Shown piece by piece: positions 22,961 to 33,219 of a stretch of 64,000 nt of DNA (position 1 is the first letter of the stretch; every line of letters starts with the position of its first letter). A model generated the notes under the pieces. That model made no database searches. It was given only the letters and a program-made list of their open reading frames with translations, and was not told where the DNA came from. The translations under genes were made by a program, and so were the position numbers. The stretch is from Naegleria gruberi (lineage: Eukaryota), in NCBI GenBank assembly GCA_000004985.1, contig GG738913.1. One strand, written 5' to 3'.

Positions 22961-24430
22961 TTAACTTCTATTATTTGTAGGAGACTGACTGAATGGCAAA
23001 GTACCCCCAGTATTCTCATCAATCCAATACATCTTGCCATCAATTACCGTGTATCCCTTCAGAGGAGCAGCCTTTGATGGCTCATCACCCGAAGATGATG
23101 ACGATTGAACAATTTGATTGCTCTGTGCGAGTGGAGTATTCGTCTCTACCAAGCTACCATCCTCATTGACCATGTAAATCCTTCCATCATTGTAATAGTA
23201 AGTCTTCTTTCGTGAGGTGCTGGCAGAGTTTGCTGCTGTTGCCGAATTGCCTATTGCCACAGTTTGAAGATTGGATGGGCAGGCAATGTGTTCTCCCAAT
23301 TGATTGAGCATGAAACATTGACCACTCACTGGATCAATGTAGTAGGATTCACCTGTTTCTGAGTTTTGGTATGTGGCCATTCCGTTCTGATCCTTGTAGT
23401 AGACTCTACCTTGTGAATCAACAAAAGGACCACCTGCCAAACCATTTGGATTAACAATTTGGGCACTGCCTGATGGTGTATTCACATAGATGGAAGATGT
23501 TTGTCCATTGTTATTGTTATTGGAATTACCAGAAGTGGTAGTAGAACCAGTACCAGTGGTACTTCCTGTGCTTCCTGTATTTCCTGTATTTCCTGAAGAA
23601 GTAGTTGGTTTGATTGTGGAGCTGGCTACAGGTTTTGGAGGATGTGGTCTTTTTGAAGGAACAGGCACAGGAATTGGAATTCCAACAATAGGAGAAGGTA
23701 CTGGTCTGACCACAACGACTATTGGTGGTTTAGTTCCAGTTGTAGGGGTTGAAGTTGTTGGAGTGGCTTGGGTTGTACCAGGACTTGGAATGTCTGCCAA
23801 ATTCAAGCCAGGTATTTCCTTAACTTTGGATGGAGGAAGAAAGAAGATTTGTCTTCCTGTTTTGCCATCAATGTAATAGTATCTACCAAGTGAATCTCTA
23901 AAGAAGATTCTATCATAACTATCTACAAAGTATTCCTTATTGTTATTGTCAATGTAGAAAGGGAGTCCAGTTTTTGCATCCATATAGAATGCATTTCCTT
24001 GCGAGTCGACAAAATAACGACGATTCTTATTATCTGTTAGAGCTTTGGATTGGAGTGAGGTTGGAAAATTTGGACTCGATGGATTGCTTGAATCAAAATA
24101 CTTGATATTACCATTCTGAGCAACGTAGAATGGTCTTCCAAGAGCATCTGCAAAGGTTTGATATTTGGTTCCTCCAACCTCAATATCAATGCCAAGTGGT
24201 TTGTCCTTGGATGGAGTGGATACACCATTCAGTGATGAGTATGAAGATTTGGATTCAACCACTACTGTTGTGGTGCTAGAACTGTAGGAAACGGTACTGC
24301 TACTACCTCCATTGTTGTTATTATTTACTATTGGTTTGGAAGGAACCTCAACTGGTTGCTGACCATGGGCAAGTTGACCAAACAAAACCACTTGAATGAG
24401 CAAAATTGTGGCCAAAACAATTGCTTTCAT
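22961..24430 (-). CDS. secreted protein with aromatic YYxD..G tandem repeats (reminiscent of bacterial YG / cell-wall-binding repeats) and a Thr/Pro-rich linker
   Basis: Signal peptide MKAIVLATILLIQVVLFGQLAHG. Repeats: YFVDSQGNAFYMDAKTGLPFYID, YFVDSYDRIFFRDSLGRYYYIDGKTGRQIFF, FVDSQGRVYYKDQNGMATYQ, YYYNDGRIYMVNEDG, YTVIDGKMYWIDENTG. Central TTSTPTTGTKPPIVVVVRPVPSPIVGIPIPVPVP linker. Confidence 0.6.
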   Translation of the reverse strand: MKAIVLATILLIQVVLFGQLAHGQQPVEVPSKPIVNNNNNGGSSSTVSYSSSTTTVVVESKSSYSSLNGVSTPSKDKPLGIDIEVGGTKYQTFADALGRPFYVAQNGNIKYFDSSNPSSPNFPTSLQSKALTDNKNRRYFVDSQGNAFYMDAKTGLPFYIDNNNKEYFVDSYDRIFFRDSLGRYYYIDGKTGRQIFFLPPSKVKEIPGLNLADIPSPGTTQATPTTSTPTTGTKPPIVVVVRPVPSPIVGIPIPVPVPSKRPHPPKPVASSTIKPTTSSGNTGNTGSTGSTTGTGSTTTSGNSNNNNNGQTSSIYVNTPSGSAQIVNPNGLAGGPFVDSQGRVYYKDQNGMATYQNSETGESYYIDPVSGQCFMLNQLGEHIACPSNLQTVAIGNSATAANSASTSRKKTYYYNDGRIYMVNEDGSLVETNTPLAQSNQIVQSSSSSGDEPSKAAPLKGYTVIDGKMYWIDENTGGTLPFSQSPTNNRS

Positions 24431-24639
24431 TTTTAATTATCTTTTGTGATTGGAAAGATTGTGCTTATCTTCTCTCTTATAGATTACCAAATTTGTACAT
24501 TGGACAATGCAGGTTCTATTTCAAAATAGTTAATCTATTTAATGGTACAATTACTTTATATTGACCCAAATAGATTGTTACCACTCTACTTGATACAAAT
24601 TGGATGAAAATGAAGTACCAATTTATTATTCTAATATAT

Positions 24640-25572
24640 TTACAAATATTTGTCCTTGTGTTGGTTAAAGAATTCTTCAACACTTCTTGGCTTCTTTCCA
24701 GTTATTAATTGATAATCTCCATGAACGTTTGCTGTAGTTCCATTGAGTTTGAAAACTTGATACAATCTAACAAATGGGAAAATAAGGAATGGTGGAACGC
24801 CACTCTTTCTCAATAATTCACCATATTCAAATTCGTCCAATTCAACAAATTTGATTTCCTTTCCAAGTGACTTGGAAATGATTTGGGCAACTTGTTCGTA
24901 GGTCAAACTCTGTGGACCTGTCAAATTATAGGTTTGATTAGCGTGTTGCTCTGGAGGTTGAATCAAGATTTGAGCAACCATTTCTGAAATATCACGAGTA
25001 TCAACATGACTAATTCTATATGGTAATCCATGGTCATGCTTTGGTCTATAGAATACTCCACTATTCTTGATATCTGCCAAGTCACCTCTCACATAATTTT
25101 GAATGAACATGTTTGGTCTAATGACCACATACGAAATTGAGGTATTTTTCAAAGCTTTTCTGACACTGGTTTCAGAATCATGAAGATTTTTGAAAAAGTT
25201 GTTTTGCTCAAGATCTCCAGAGGCTCCCAAAGCTGAAATCTTGACAACTTGTTTCAAACCCTTTGAGGTCTTGACAGCTAGTTCCACAACTTGTCTTTCC
25301 AATTGAGCAACATTTGGAGTGGCAATTGTTACAAAGAAAATTCTCTCAACATCTTGGAATATAGTTGGAAGTGATGAAATGGTTTCAAATTCTCCCAGAA
25401 CATATTCAATATCTAAATTGGTGCATTCCTCGAATAACTTGTAGGCCTTTTCCACGTTTCTAACCAACAATTTGAGTTTCAACTTGGTTTCTGTTGGAGA
25501 AGAATTCAAAATACGAATCAATTCACTTCCAATATTACCAGTTGCTCCAGTAATGAAAATCTTGCTTGCCAT
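24640..25572 (-). CDS. NmrA-like / NAD(P)-binding Rossmann-fold reductase family protein
   Basis: N-terminal MASKIFITGATGNIGSELIRIL (GxxGxxG). Length 310 aa, typical for NmrA / isoflavone-reductase-like proteins. Confidence 0.7.
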   Translation of the reverse strand: MASKIFITGATGNIGSELIRILNSSPTETKLKLKLLVRNVEKAYKLFEECTNLDIEYVLGEFETISSLPTIFQDVERIFFVTIATPNVAQLERQVVELAVKTSKGLKQVVKISALGASGDLEQNNFFKNLHDSETSVRKALKNTSISYVVIRPNMFIQNYVRGDLADIKNSGVFYRPKHDHGLPYRISHVDTRDISEMVAQILIQPPEQHANQTYNLTGPQSLTYEQVAQIISKSLGKEIKFVELDEFEYGELLRKSGVPPFLIFPFVRLYQVFKLNGTTANVHGDYQLITGKKPRSVEEFFNQHKDKYL

Positions 25573-26139
25573 CTATCTTTCAGTAGATTGTTTTTTTTAA
25601 TGAAATTTGGTTTCACAGAATTGTCCTTGACCTTGCAGTTTTATAACAAAATTAATCCTCACGAGGTTTCAAAAGAGTTATGGCATAACTTGGTTTCTTT
25701 TCATGAAGAATGTTGTGGAGAAATTTCCATTGCTTTGTGGCTCCGTCCGTTCCTCGCTCATATTTGAGGGGTTTCTTCCAAACAATATACAAATAATAAA
25801 AAAAACGTGTAAGTTTATTAATGTCTCTTATATCAATAACGACCTGAGAGACCACACGTATGATAACTTGTCTAGTTTATTAAGGTAGTAAGTGAACGAA
25901 ACTATTGTAACTTACCGAAAGTTCATGAAGAATAAAGTCACTGACACGCATTATTGTAAACCATCTCACGAACGCCATTTTCACAACAACGCCATCAATT
26001 CTAAATATCTCCATATTAGTACAATTTTACAACTCGTCCATAAAAGTAACCCAACAAGTGTCAAAAAATTCAAATAAATAGCACGACAAGTAACACCCAA
26101 CATTTCACAAAACAAAAACAATTAAAAACAAAATCAAAA

Positions 26140-26499
26140 ATGTCCTATCCAATCCCAACCCCATACGAATGGTCAACCACTCTCGATATTGGCAATGCTG
26201 AATTAAACGAACAACACAAGAAACTCTTCACTCTCATCAATGCCTTAGATGCCAAGAGAAGTTGTGGCACCACCTTGAAGGAATTATTGGATTACGTTGT
26301 TTTCCACTTCAAGACTGAAGAAGATTTGTTTGCAAAGGCTGGTTGGTCTGAATCGGCCTCTCATAAGGAAACTCATGATAAGTTTGTTCAGGATGCTTTG
26401 GCATTGACAAGTGTTGGAGATGCTGAGATGCAATTTATTAAGCAATGGTTGATTACTCACATTTGTGCTTCTGATATGAAGTATAAGGGAGTTATTTAA
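26140..26499 (+). CDS. hemerythrin-like (HHE cation-binding) protein
   Basis: 119 aa. Repeated H...E and H...D ligand pattern (NAELNEQHKKLF ... VVFHFKTEEDLF ... ETHDKFVQD ... WLITHICASDMKY), typical of hemerythrin. Confidence 0.7.
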   Translation: MSYPIPTPYEWSTTLDIGNAELNEQHKKLFTLINALDAKRSCGTTLKELLDYVVFHFKTEEDLFAKAGWSESASHKETHDKFVQDALALTSVGDAEMQFIKQWLITHICASDMKYKGVI

Positions 26500-26657
26500 A
26501 TAAAGCGAGTGTGTTGAATGTTTTGTATTCGAAACTGTTTAGTTTTCAAAATTCAAGAAGAATTGGTGAAACAAAGGCCAATATTGTGTAATTGGTTAAG
26601 CCTTTCGTTTCGAATAATTGCCATCACCTCGTATCTCATTAAACTGTTTCAGTTCCT

Positions 26658-27515
26658 TCAAAAATAAAACTCCTTCTCATCAATTCTATTATAACTAACA
26701 TCCAGTATTGTTAATTGTTTCATTTTCGTTAAATATTTGACTCCATTTGCTCCAATACTATTGTTAGAAATATCAAGTTTAGTTAATTGTTCAAGTTGAG
26801 TGAGATGTTCAACTCCCTTCTCTTCAATCATATTATTATGAATATCAAGAGTTCTTAATTGTTTCATTTCTCCAATAAATTTAACACCCTCTTCGAATAT
26901 ACTATTATTACTAATATTGAGTTCTGTTAAGTATTCCAAGTTACTAATAGCTTTTGCTCCTTGTTGTCCAATAAGATTTCCAGAAATATTGAGAATTGTT
27001 AAATGTTTCAATTTGCTAATGTGCTTGGCTCCATAAACACCAATAGTATTGTGAGAAATATTGAGATTTGTCAACTGTGGAGCCAATTCTCCAATTAACT
27101 TTGCTTGACTGAATGTAAATAAATTAACCGAAACATCAAGTTGAGTCAAATGTTTCATCAATCCAAACAATCGACAATCAAATAGTTCAAAAGCAATAGT
27201 CCCAATTCTCACTTTCAGATTTTCAATATTTTGTAAAAATTGACCTTGCATTTTCGAATCACTGCCACAAACTAATGAAAATTTCAATCTTTCCGAAATG
27301 ACATTCAACCACTGTTTTGAAACCAAAGCACAATTCATCACCATAAATATAAAATCATTCCGATGATAATTTAAAATTTCATAAATTACATCATCAGAGA
27401 ATATTTCAAATGGTGAGAGTTTTGTCTTTTTTGCTTCTTGTTGAGATGAATGGGAATTGTTTTCTGATATTAAAATATCGGCAGATGTAATGTCTTCTCT
27501 TATTCGTTTGTTCAT
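26658..27515 (-). CDS. F-box-like / LRR protein, paralog B
   Basis: ATG at 27515 (MNKRIRED). FIFMVMNCALVSKQWLNVISERLKFSL is almost identical to the motif in 13881.. and 41848... RNI-type LRRs follow. Confidence 0.65.
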   Translation of the reverse strand: MNKRIREDITSADILISENNSHSSQQEAKKTKLSPFEIFSDDVIYEILNYHRNDFIFMVMNCALVSKQWLNVISERLKFSLVCGSDSKMQGQFLQNIENLKVRIGTIAFELFDCRLFGLMKHLTQLDVSVNLFTFSQAKLIGELAPQLTNLNISHNTIGVYGAKHISKLKHLTILNISGNLIGQQGAKAISNLEYLTELNISNNSIFEEGVKFIGEMKQLRTLDIHNNMIEEKGVEHLTQLEQLTKLDISNNSIGANGVKYLTKMKQLTILDVSYNRIDEKEFYF

Positions 27516-27632
27516 TTTTTTGTTTTTTAAATTAAGATTAAAATCTTCAGTTAAATAGATTGATTACAATGACAGAGAGTGTTCAATTTACTTCTGTCAC
27601 TTATTTTGAACACGAATGTGAAAGAAATTAAA

Positions 27633-28290
27633 TTACTCTTCTAATTCTTCTAATTCTTCTAATTCACAACTCCACATTATGATGTTGTCTTTCAATATTT
27701 GTAAAAGGAGTATGGCTTCCCTATACCATTCATCACTTAAATAATCGACTTCAGGAATTGCCTTATCAAATTCTGATTGAGCCATTTCAATTGCCTTTTT
27801 CTTATCTTTCAAAACATCGCTGTAATATACAACAAGTGAAATGATCAAACTCAATCTAGTTGGATCCACAATTGAGAGACTTTTGATTGTTTCTATACCT
27901 GATTCATATGAGTTCAAACATTTTTCTTTCAATAATTCATCTTTGGCGGATTCTGGGTCAACAGTAAGAACGTGTCTATAGAAATCTCCTTTGAGTTGTG
28001 CATAGAAAACCAATTCTTGATCAGTCAATCCTTTTACTTTCAAAATTCTGTCAATCATCTCAATCAACTGTTCAGCAAGTTGATGAATTTCATTTAAAAC
28101 TTTCCTGGTAAACATGTTTGATACGTCCGAGGGATCATATTGATGAAGCTACATTATAAACAGCTCTCTTTTTCTTCATTGTCTCTGTAAAGGCCAACTT
28201 TAACAATTTTCTTTCCTCTTGTGAAGGAATAAATTCTCCCGATGATGCAAGAATTAATTCATCAAATGACTTGTACAATACAGCAGCCAT
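27633..28290 (-). CDS. 14-3-3 protein homolog; N-terminal half (28141..28290) and C-terminal half (27633..28112) cannot be joined by a canonical splice (possible pseudogene or sequence error)
   Basis: N-terminal MAAVLYKSFDELILASSGEFIPSQEERKLLKLAFTETMKKKRAVYNVASSI matches 14-3-3 helices 1-3. C-terminal ...KGDFYRHVLTV...DPTRLSLIISLVVYYSDVLKDKKKAIEMAQSEFDKAIPEVDYLSDEWYREAILLLQILKDNIIMWS matches helices 5-9. Between them lie an in-frame TGA (28135..28137) and a +1 frame change. Confidence 0.55.
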
Positions 28291-28640
28291 TTCTATTCAA
28301 CAAAACAACAATCATGTTAATCCATTATTCTCTTGTTCTTCCTTACTTCATACTTTTCAGAATCACGACAAATTAAGGCCCAAATTACATAATCTTCTCT
28401 TGAAGAGAGAGTTGGTACATCCCTTCCTTCTTGTTGTTGTTTCATTTTTTTCAAAGTTCATCCTTAACAAACAACTAAGCTACAATTAACACGAATGAAC
28501 TTTTTTTACTAAGGGAGAAATATAAAAGACTTATAAACCATTACTTTACATTTTCTTCTTGTGGAAGGAAAAAGGAAGTTGGATAGTAACAAAGGAATGT
28601 GAAAATGGAACTTGAACTTGAATGAAAAAATTGAAAAAAA

Positions 28641-29753
28641 ATGACAGATGTTCAATCTTTGATTTTGGATATTGGATCGGGATCGATAAAGGCTGGATTA
28701 CATTTTCATGATGAACCTTCATTAATTATTTCATCAATGATTGGAAGAGTGAAATATAAACCTGTCATGATGACAAATGTCAAATTGGGATATGTTGGAA
28801 ATGAAGCAATGAGGAGGAGAGGGATATTGGATATTTCGTATCCGATCAGGAGAGGAATTGTTCAAGATTGGGATGATTTGGAATTATTATTTCAATATAT
28901 ATTCGAAAGTGAATTAAAGGTGGATCCACACGAGTTTTCACTTTTTCTTTCTGATTCTCTTCTCAATCCAGATTCTAACCGAGAGAAAATGGTAGAATTA
29001 CTATTCGAAACCTTTGGCATTCCAGGGCTTTATTTCGAATATCAACCCTTGCTATCTCTATATTCGTCTGGAAGAACTTGCGGAGCTGTTTTACATTCCG
29101 GAGAGGGACTTTCTCAAATAGTTTCAATTTCTAATGGATATGTTCTTCCCCAAACTATTCGTCGACTAAATTTGGGAGGTTTTGATCTGACGGAATATTC
29201 AAGAAAATTACTAAATACGAAAGGTCATTGTTTCAAAATGAAAGCAGATTTTGAAATTGTGAGAGAATTGAAAGAGAAATGTGCAAGAATTTCACTTTCT
29301 AACGATGATTTGCAGCATATAGATTCATCTGAATTATTTTACGAATTACCTGATGGAAATCGAATAGAAATTGGAAACGAAAGATTTGAAATAGGAGAAG
29401 CCTTATTCAATCCACAATGCCTAGGAATAGATTCCATTGGAATTGACCAATTACTAATTGACTCAATACAGAAATGTGAAATTGACACTCAAAGAGACAT
29501 GTTTGGAAACATTATTCTTGATGGAGGGAATTCACGAATTCCAAACTATTCCACTCGAATAGTGAATCAAGTTGAGAAGAGTGCCTCACCATCAATGAAA
29601 GTAAGGCATGTCAACATGTCAAATGAATACTCTGAATGGATTGGAGCTGCCTTCATGATTCTCCATTCTCAAATGAATTACATGTGGTATTGCAGAGAAC
29701 ATTATGATGAATTTGGAACAAATTTTATTCATAAACATGGAGAAACATTTTAA
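28641..29753 (+). CDS. actin-family protein (divergent actin / actin-related protein)
   Basis: 370 aa. DIGSGSIKAG (the actin DNGSG motif), YVGNEAMRRRGIL, YPIRRGIVQDWDDLE, LNPDSNREKMVELLFETF, ILDGGNSRIPN. Intronless. Confidence 0.8.
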   Translation: MTDVQSLILDIGSGSIKAGLHFHDEPSLIISSMIGRVKYKPVMMTNVKLGYVGNEAMRRRGILDISYPIRRGIVQDWDDLELLFQYIFESELKVDPHEFSLFLSDSLLNPDSNREKMVELLFETFGIPGLYFEYQPLLSLYSSGRTCGAVLHSGEGLSQIVSISNGYVLPQTIRRLNLGGFDLTEYSRKLLNTKGHCFKMKADFEIVRELKEKCARISLSNDDLQHIDSSELFYELPDGNRIEIGNERFEIGEALFNPQCLGIDSIGIDQLLIDSIQKCEIDTQRDMFGNIILDGGNSRIPNYSTRIVNQVEKSASPSMKVRHVNMSNEYSEWIGAAFMILHSQMNYMWYCREHYDEFGTNFIHKHGETF

Positions 29754-29973
29754 TTTTGTTCACAAATTTTGTAATCTATATTTCAAACCAACTGTCTTTC
29801 ATATATTGAATTCATAATTCATTGTTGAAAATAATGAATGAATAATAATTATAATGATGTTCATTAAGAAGAGATTGAACTTGCATCTTCAATTCTAAAA
29901 AAAAGATCAAAAAACTTTTCATAAAGCCCGCTTTTTTTTATCCTCTTAAATTTTATATTTAATTTGAAAAAAG

Positions 29974-31332
29974 ATGGAAGCGAATGTATTTGCGGCTGGT
30001 ATGACCGATAATTATGAATATCCAGCAGTAAAGAATCCGGGTGGTAAGTAAACGAGCATCACTACAAAATTCTCAAGAAGTTTTGGCTTTTTTATGTGTG
30101 ATTGTGATCGGAATGAATTTTGATCTATTTTTGTATGATGGTGTATTATTTAAATCATGATCATGATAATTTAATTGATTTTTAATGGTGATGAAAAAAG
30201 CCTTTGTTCCTCTTGAGCCTTCATTGTTTGGATATGAAAGAATTAAACATGCTGCATGTGGATATAGAACTTCTTTCTTTCTGACCGAGTCAGATCAATT
30301 GTATTGTTGTGGGCAGAATTCATCAGGAGAGTTGGGGAATGGAACTAGTGTTGATTATGAACCTCTCTCGAAGAATAGAACTCTGATTCCACATTATGGA
30401 ACCATAGAGACAATATTAGGAGGAGATACATTTACATTCTTTATCATGAAGGGTATGTTGCTTTGTTGGCCAAGTGTTTAATGGAATTGATTGCATACAT
30501 GACGAATTTGTAAAGATGGTACTTTTTGGAGATGTGGATCTAATAATGATGGCCAACTTGGAGCTGGATCAAAAAGTAAATTATTGGTACCTGAACCGGT
30601 CAATCCTACACCTTGGGGAGCTCACAGAGTGATGAAGATTGCATTTGGATATTATCACTCTGCAGTTCTTGTTAATAATACAGTGTACATATCAGGAAAA
30701 CTTTCAGGAAGTGATACCACCCATGCATATACTAAAATTGCAGATGCAGATCAGAAAATGATTGGAGAAATTGTGGATGTTTCTTGTGGAGTTTTTAACA
30801 CAATGGTTGTAAATAGTATGTTGTTGTGAATTATTGAATTTGAGATTAATTTTCAACAACAGGAAGAGGACATTTGTATAGTATTGGTCAATCAGTTGAA
30901 AATGCTTCAACTTCAGCATGGACCAGAATGAATATTGATGCACCTGTTTCCAAGATTTTTTGTGGATCACTTTCCGGCATTGCAATAACATCACAAGATG
31001 AGGTCTATTGTTGGGGAGATAACGGCTCAGGTGAGACTGGAATTCCAAGCTCAAGAGTTTCTAATTGGACAATGAATCACGATTTGTGCTATAAGGAAAT
31101 TACCAATGTTGGTATTCACACCTATCAAACCATTATCCTTACTCGTTCAGGACAAGTACTCATTTGTGGAAATAATTCCAACAATCAATTGGGAGCAGTC
31201 ATGGAAACTAGTCAAGGTGTAAAAAGAAGTACTCAATTAGAGGAATTATGTAGGAAATTCTCAAACAAGACAGCATTTGTTACAGGAGGATTTCAACACA
31301 TGATTGTCTATTTTGCTGATGGTGGTAAGTAA
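29974..31332 (+). CDS. RCC1-like repeat protein, 4 exons: join(29974..30043,30201..30452,30516..30815,30863..31332)
   Basis: Three frame-shifted ORFs (30185.., 30584.., 30874..) carry RCC1-like motifs (CGQNSSGELGNG, CGSNNDGQLGAG, CWGDNGSGETG, CGNNSNNQLGA). They are joined by GTATGT...AG introns of 63 and 47 nt with consistent phases. The first exon (MEANVFAAGMTDNYEYPAVKNPG) and its 157-nt intron are less certain. The terminal GGK-TAA could alternatively be a donor (ggtaagtaa). Confidence 0.55.
30453..30515 (+). other. spliceosomal intron (63 nt, GTATGT...AAAG)
   Basis: FFIMK | DGTFWRCGSNNDGQLG, with phase-1 continuity. Confidence 0.65.
30816..30862 (+). other. spliceosomal intron (47 nt, GTATGT...ACAG)
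   Basis: NTMVVN | RRGHLYSIGQ, with phase-1 continuity. Confidence 0.6.
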
Positions 31333-31764
31333 TTTCATCTATTCATCTACATTTTAATCATCCATTTCAAAGCCATGTCAAAAGGAAAAACCTACATGAT
31401 TGCAATGCTTCGTCAAGCAAGTCAATCCTCAGAATTGAGTGATATTTCATTTGATTTCCTAAATACATTGTAAAAAAAATTGTAAATTTAAATATTTTTG
31501 GAATGTTACTGCTATTTATTGAATATTATTTATTAACATTTTAATTTTCGTGTTCCAATTCGCCCAATTCGAATGAGAATGGAAATTAAATTCCAAAATT
31601 GCAAATTTTCCAAAACTCAAAAAAGGCTACAAACAAAAATTTAACAAAAAAAATACCTCAACCTATTTAGCGAAGCTTTTTTTCAATTTTGAATACAACA
31701 CACGTATTATTAATACATCATCATCGTCATCATAATTTAAATTATATCGGAATAATAGTAGAAA

Positions 31765-32418
31765 ATGGAACGATCTATAATGATGGTACATGCAACCTTG
31801 TTTTGGTTGATTTTCCTTCTCTTGTCTGTGTCTAATAGTTTTCTCCGAGAATCAGTGTATGAACCTTTAGCAGGTGAATTGTGGAGTCATATATTTGCAA
31901 CATCTAGTCTTGTTTTGATTAATTTACTATTAATGTATTACTTTTTTATGCAAAAGAGAAGTTATAAAAAGCAAGCCTTGATAAAGGAGAAGAGAGAAAG
32001 AGCATCAAGTGCTGCTAATAGCAACTCCGAAGGTACATCATCCCTTACTGGCGGATTATCAAATTTAACATTGAGCAATATTTCAAATACGACGAGGAAA
32101 TTATTTTCTTTTGAAAGAAAGAGAAATATGTTCTTGATTGGTGTTTGGTGGCTCTTGTTGACCATCTTGTTTGAATTGTTTATTGGATGGATTAGAGGAG
32201 TTGATGGATTGAGTGAATCAAAGGATTATTCTTGGTTATCTTACGTTTCTGTGATGAGATGGGCAAAGAGTCATGTTGTTATTTTGATTGTTGGTGTACA
32301 ATTAATGTTCCCAATTCTTATCGGAACACTTGTTATGAGAATGGACGAAAAGGCAGAAATTGTGGACAGAGATTTGAATGAATTACAACATGCTGAACAA
32401 GAAAAGAAAACCATGTAA
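31765..32418 (+). CDS. hypothetical four-TM membrane protein
   Basis: 217 aa, ATG in A-rich context. Hydrophobic helices: LFWLIFLLLSV, SLVLINLLLMYYFF, FLIGVWWLLLTILFELFIGWI, VVILIVGVQLMFPILIGTLV. Confidence 0.45.
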   Translation: MERSIMMVHATLFWLIFLLLSVSNSFLRESVYEPLAGELWSHIFATSSLVLINLLLMYYFFMQKRSYKKQALIKEKRERASSAANSNSEGTSSLTGGLSNLTLSNISNTTRKLFSFERKRNMFLIGVWWLLLTILFELFIGWIRGVDGLSESKDYSWLSYVSVMRWAKSHVVILIVGVQLMFPILIGTLVMRMDEKAEIVDRDLNELQHAEQEKKTM

Positions 32419-32523
32419 ATAATTTGTAATATAGGATTAATTTTTATTCACTCAATAATCTATTATTATTACAAATTCTCTAAGAAGATTGGACAATCAT
32501 TACAACAGGTGAAAGGATAAGAG

Positions 32524-33219
32524 TTATTTCTTTAAGGATGGAGAATTTGATGGCGTTCTAACCTTAAATCCTAACAATTCGGCAATTTTCACAACTGCCA
32601 AAGGACTACTGTACACAGCACTGTTAACAACTGATGCAGGAATCCATCCATTGGCAGATGCTTGATTGGTGAATGAAACATGGAAGGTTTTTTCGCTCAA
32701 CTTTTCAAATTTTCTCCATGCAAAAATGTTGGTCGAACGAACAGCACCTTTTTGGAACGAGAAATCTTTTGGAGTTTCGTACAAGTCGTCAACACTTGTT
32801 GAAACGTGATTAAGAACATTTTCTTTGGTAAAGAATTTTTCCACACAAAGTAAATCTCTATCAGCAACAAAAGGAACACCTGCAGTATAACAAGTATATC
32901 TAATCTTCCACAAATCTCCACTTTCGTCCTTCCATTCTTCCAAAGTATTCGATCTGATCGATCCTTTCTGCACATGATTCGTCTTTTCCAAATCATCAGT
33001 GGAGAAATAGTCCAACAATTGCTTGGCATCATCCATTCCCTCAACAATTACATCTCCCCTGATGATTGTATTGGCATCCCCCTTGTTATCATAAATATCC
33101 ATATTCTGTTTGGTGTGATGATAGTGCATTGCATCGAGGGATGACTTGTTCTGAGCCAATTCATAGGCAGTTTTCCACTTTTCAAGGATTTTCTTCTTTG
33201 ATTCTTCGGTGAGTGGCAT
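32524..33219 (-). CDS. START / Bet v1-like (SRPBCC) lipid-binding domain protein, paralog A
   Basis: 231 aa. The C-terminal NGWIPASVVNSAVYSSPLAVVKIAELLG matches the START C-terminal GW[IL]PxS[IV][IV]N helix region. About 50% identical to 40351..41067. Confidence 0.5.
   Translation of the reverse strand: MPLTEESKKKILEKWKTAYELAQNKSSLDAMHYHHTKQNMDIYDNKGDANTIIRGDVIVEGMDDAKQLLDYFSTDDLEKTNHVQKGSIRSNTLEEWKDESGDLWKIRYTCYTAGVPFVADRDLLCVEKFFTKENVLNHVSTSVDDLYETPKDFSFQKGAVRSTNIFAWRKFEKLSEKTFHVSFTNQASANGWIPASVVNSAVYSSPLAVVKIAELLGFKVRTPSNSPSLKK

Noticed and set aside
23490-23876. 128-aa plus-strand ORF inside the secreted repeat-protein gene
   Set aside because: It is antisense to the Thr/Pro-rich linker, so it is a V/P/G-rich mirror-frame artefact.
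28113-28115. Treating the internal Met (MFTRKV) at 28115 as the genuine start of a short 160-aa 14-3-3 C-terminal protein
   Set aside because: That would lack helices 1-4, which are required for 14-3-3 dimerisation. A clearly homologous N-terminal coding segment lies immediately upstream, so the split is more likely a lesion or sequence error.
31321-31332. Possible additional intron after GGK (ggtaagtaa) at the end of the 4-exon RCC1 gene
   Set aside because: No downstream in-phase coding exon with RCC1 similarity was found before the next gene. The TAA is taken as the stop, at low confidence.
32697-33047. 116-aa alternative-frame ORF within START paralog A (and the analogous 40506..40811 in paralog B)
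   Set aside because: It is on the same strand in a different frame inside a longer, paralog-supported CDS. It has no independent support.
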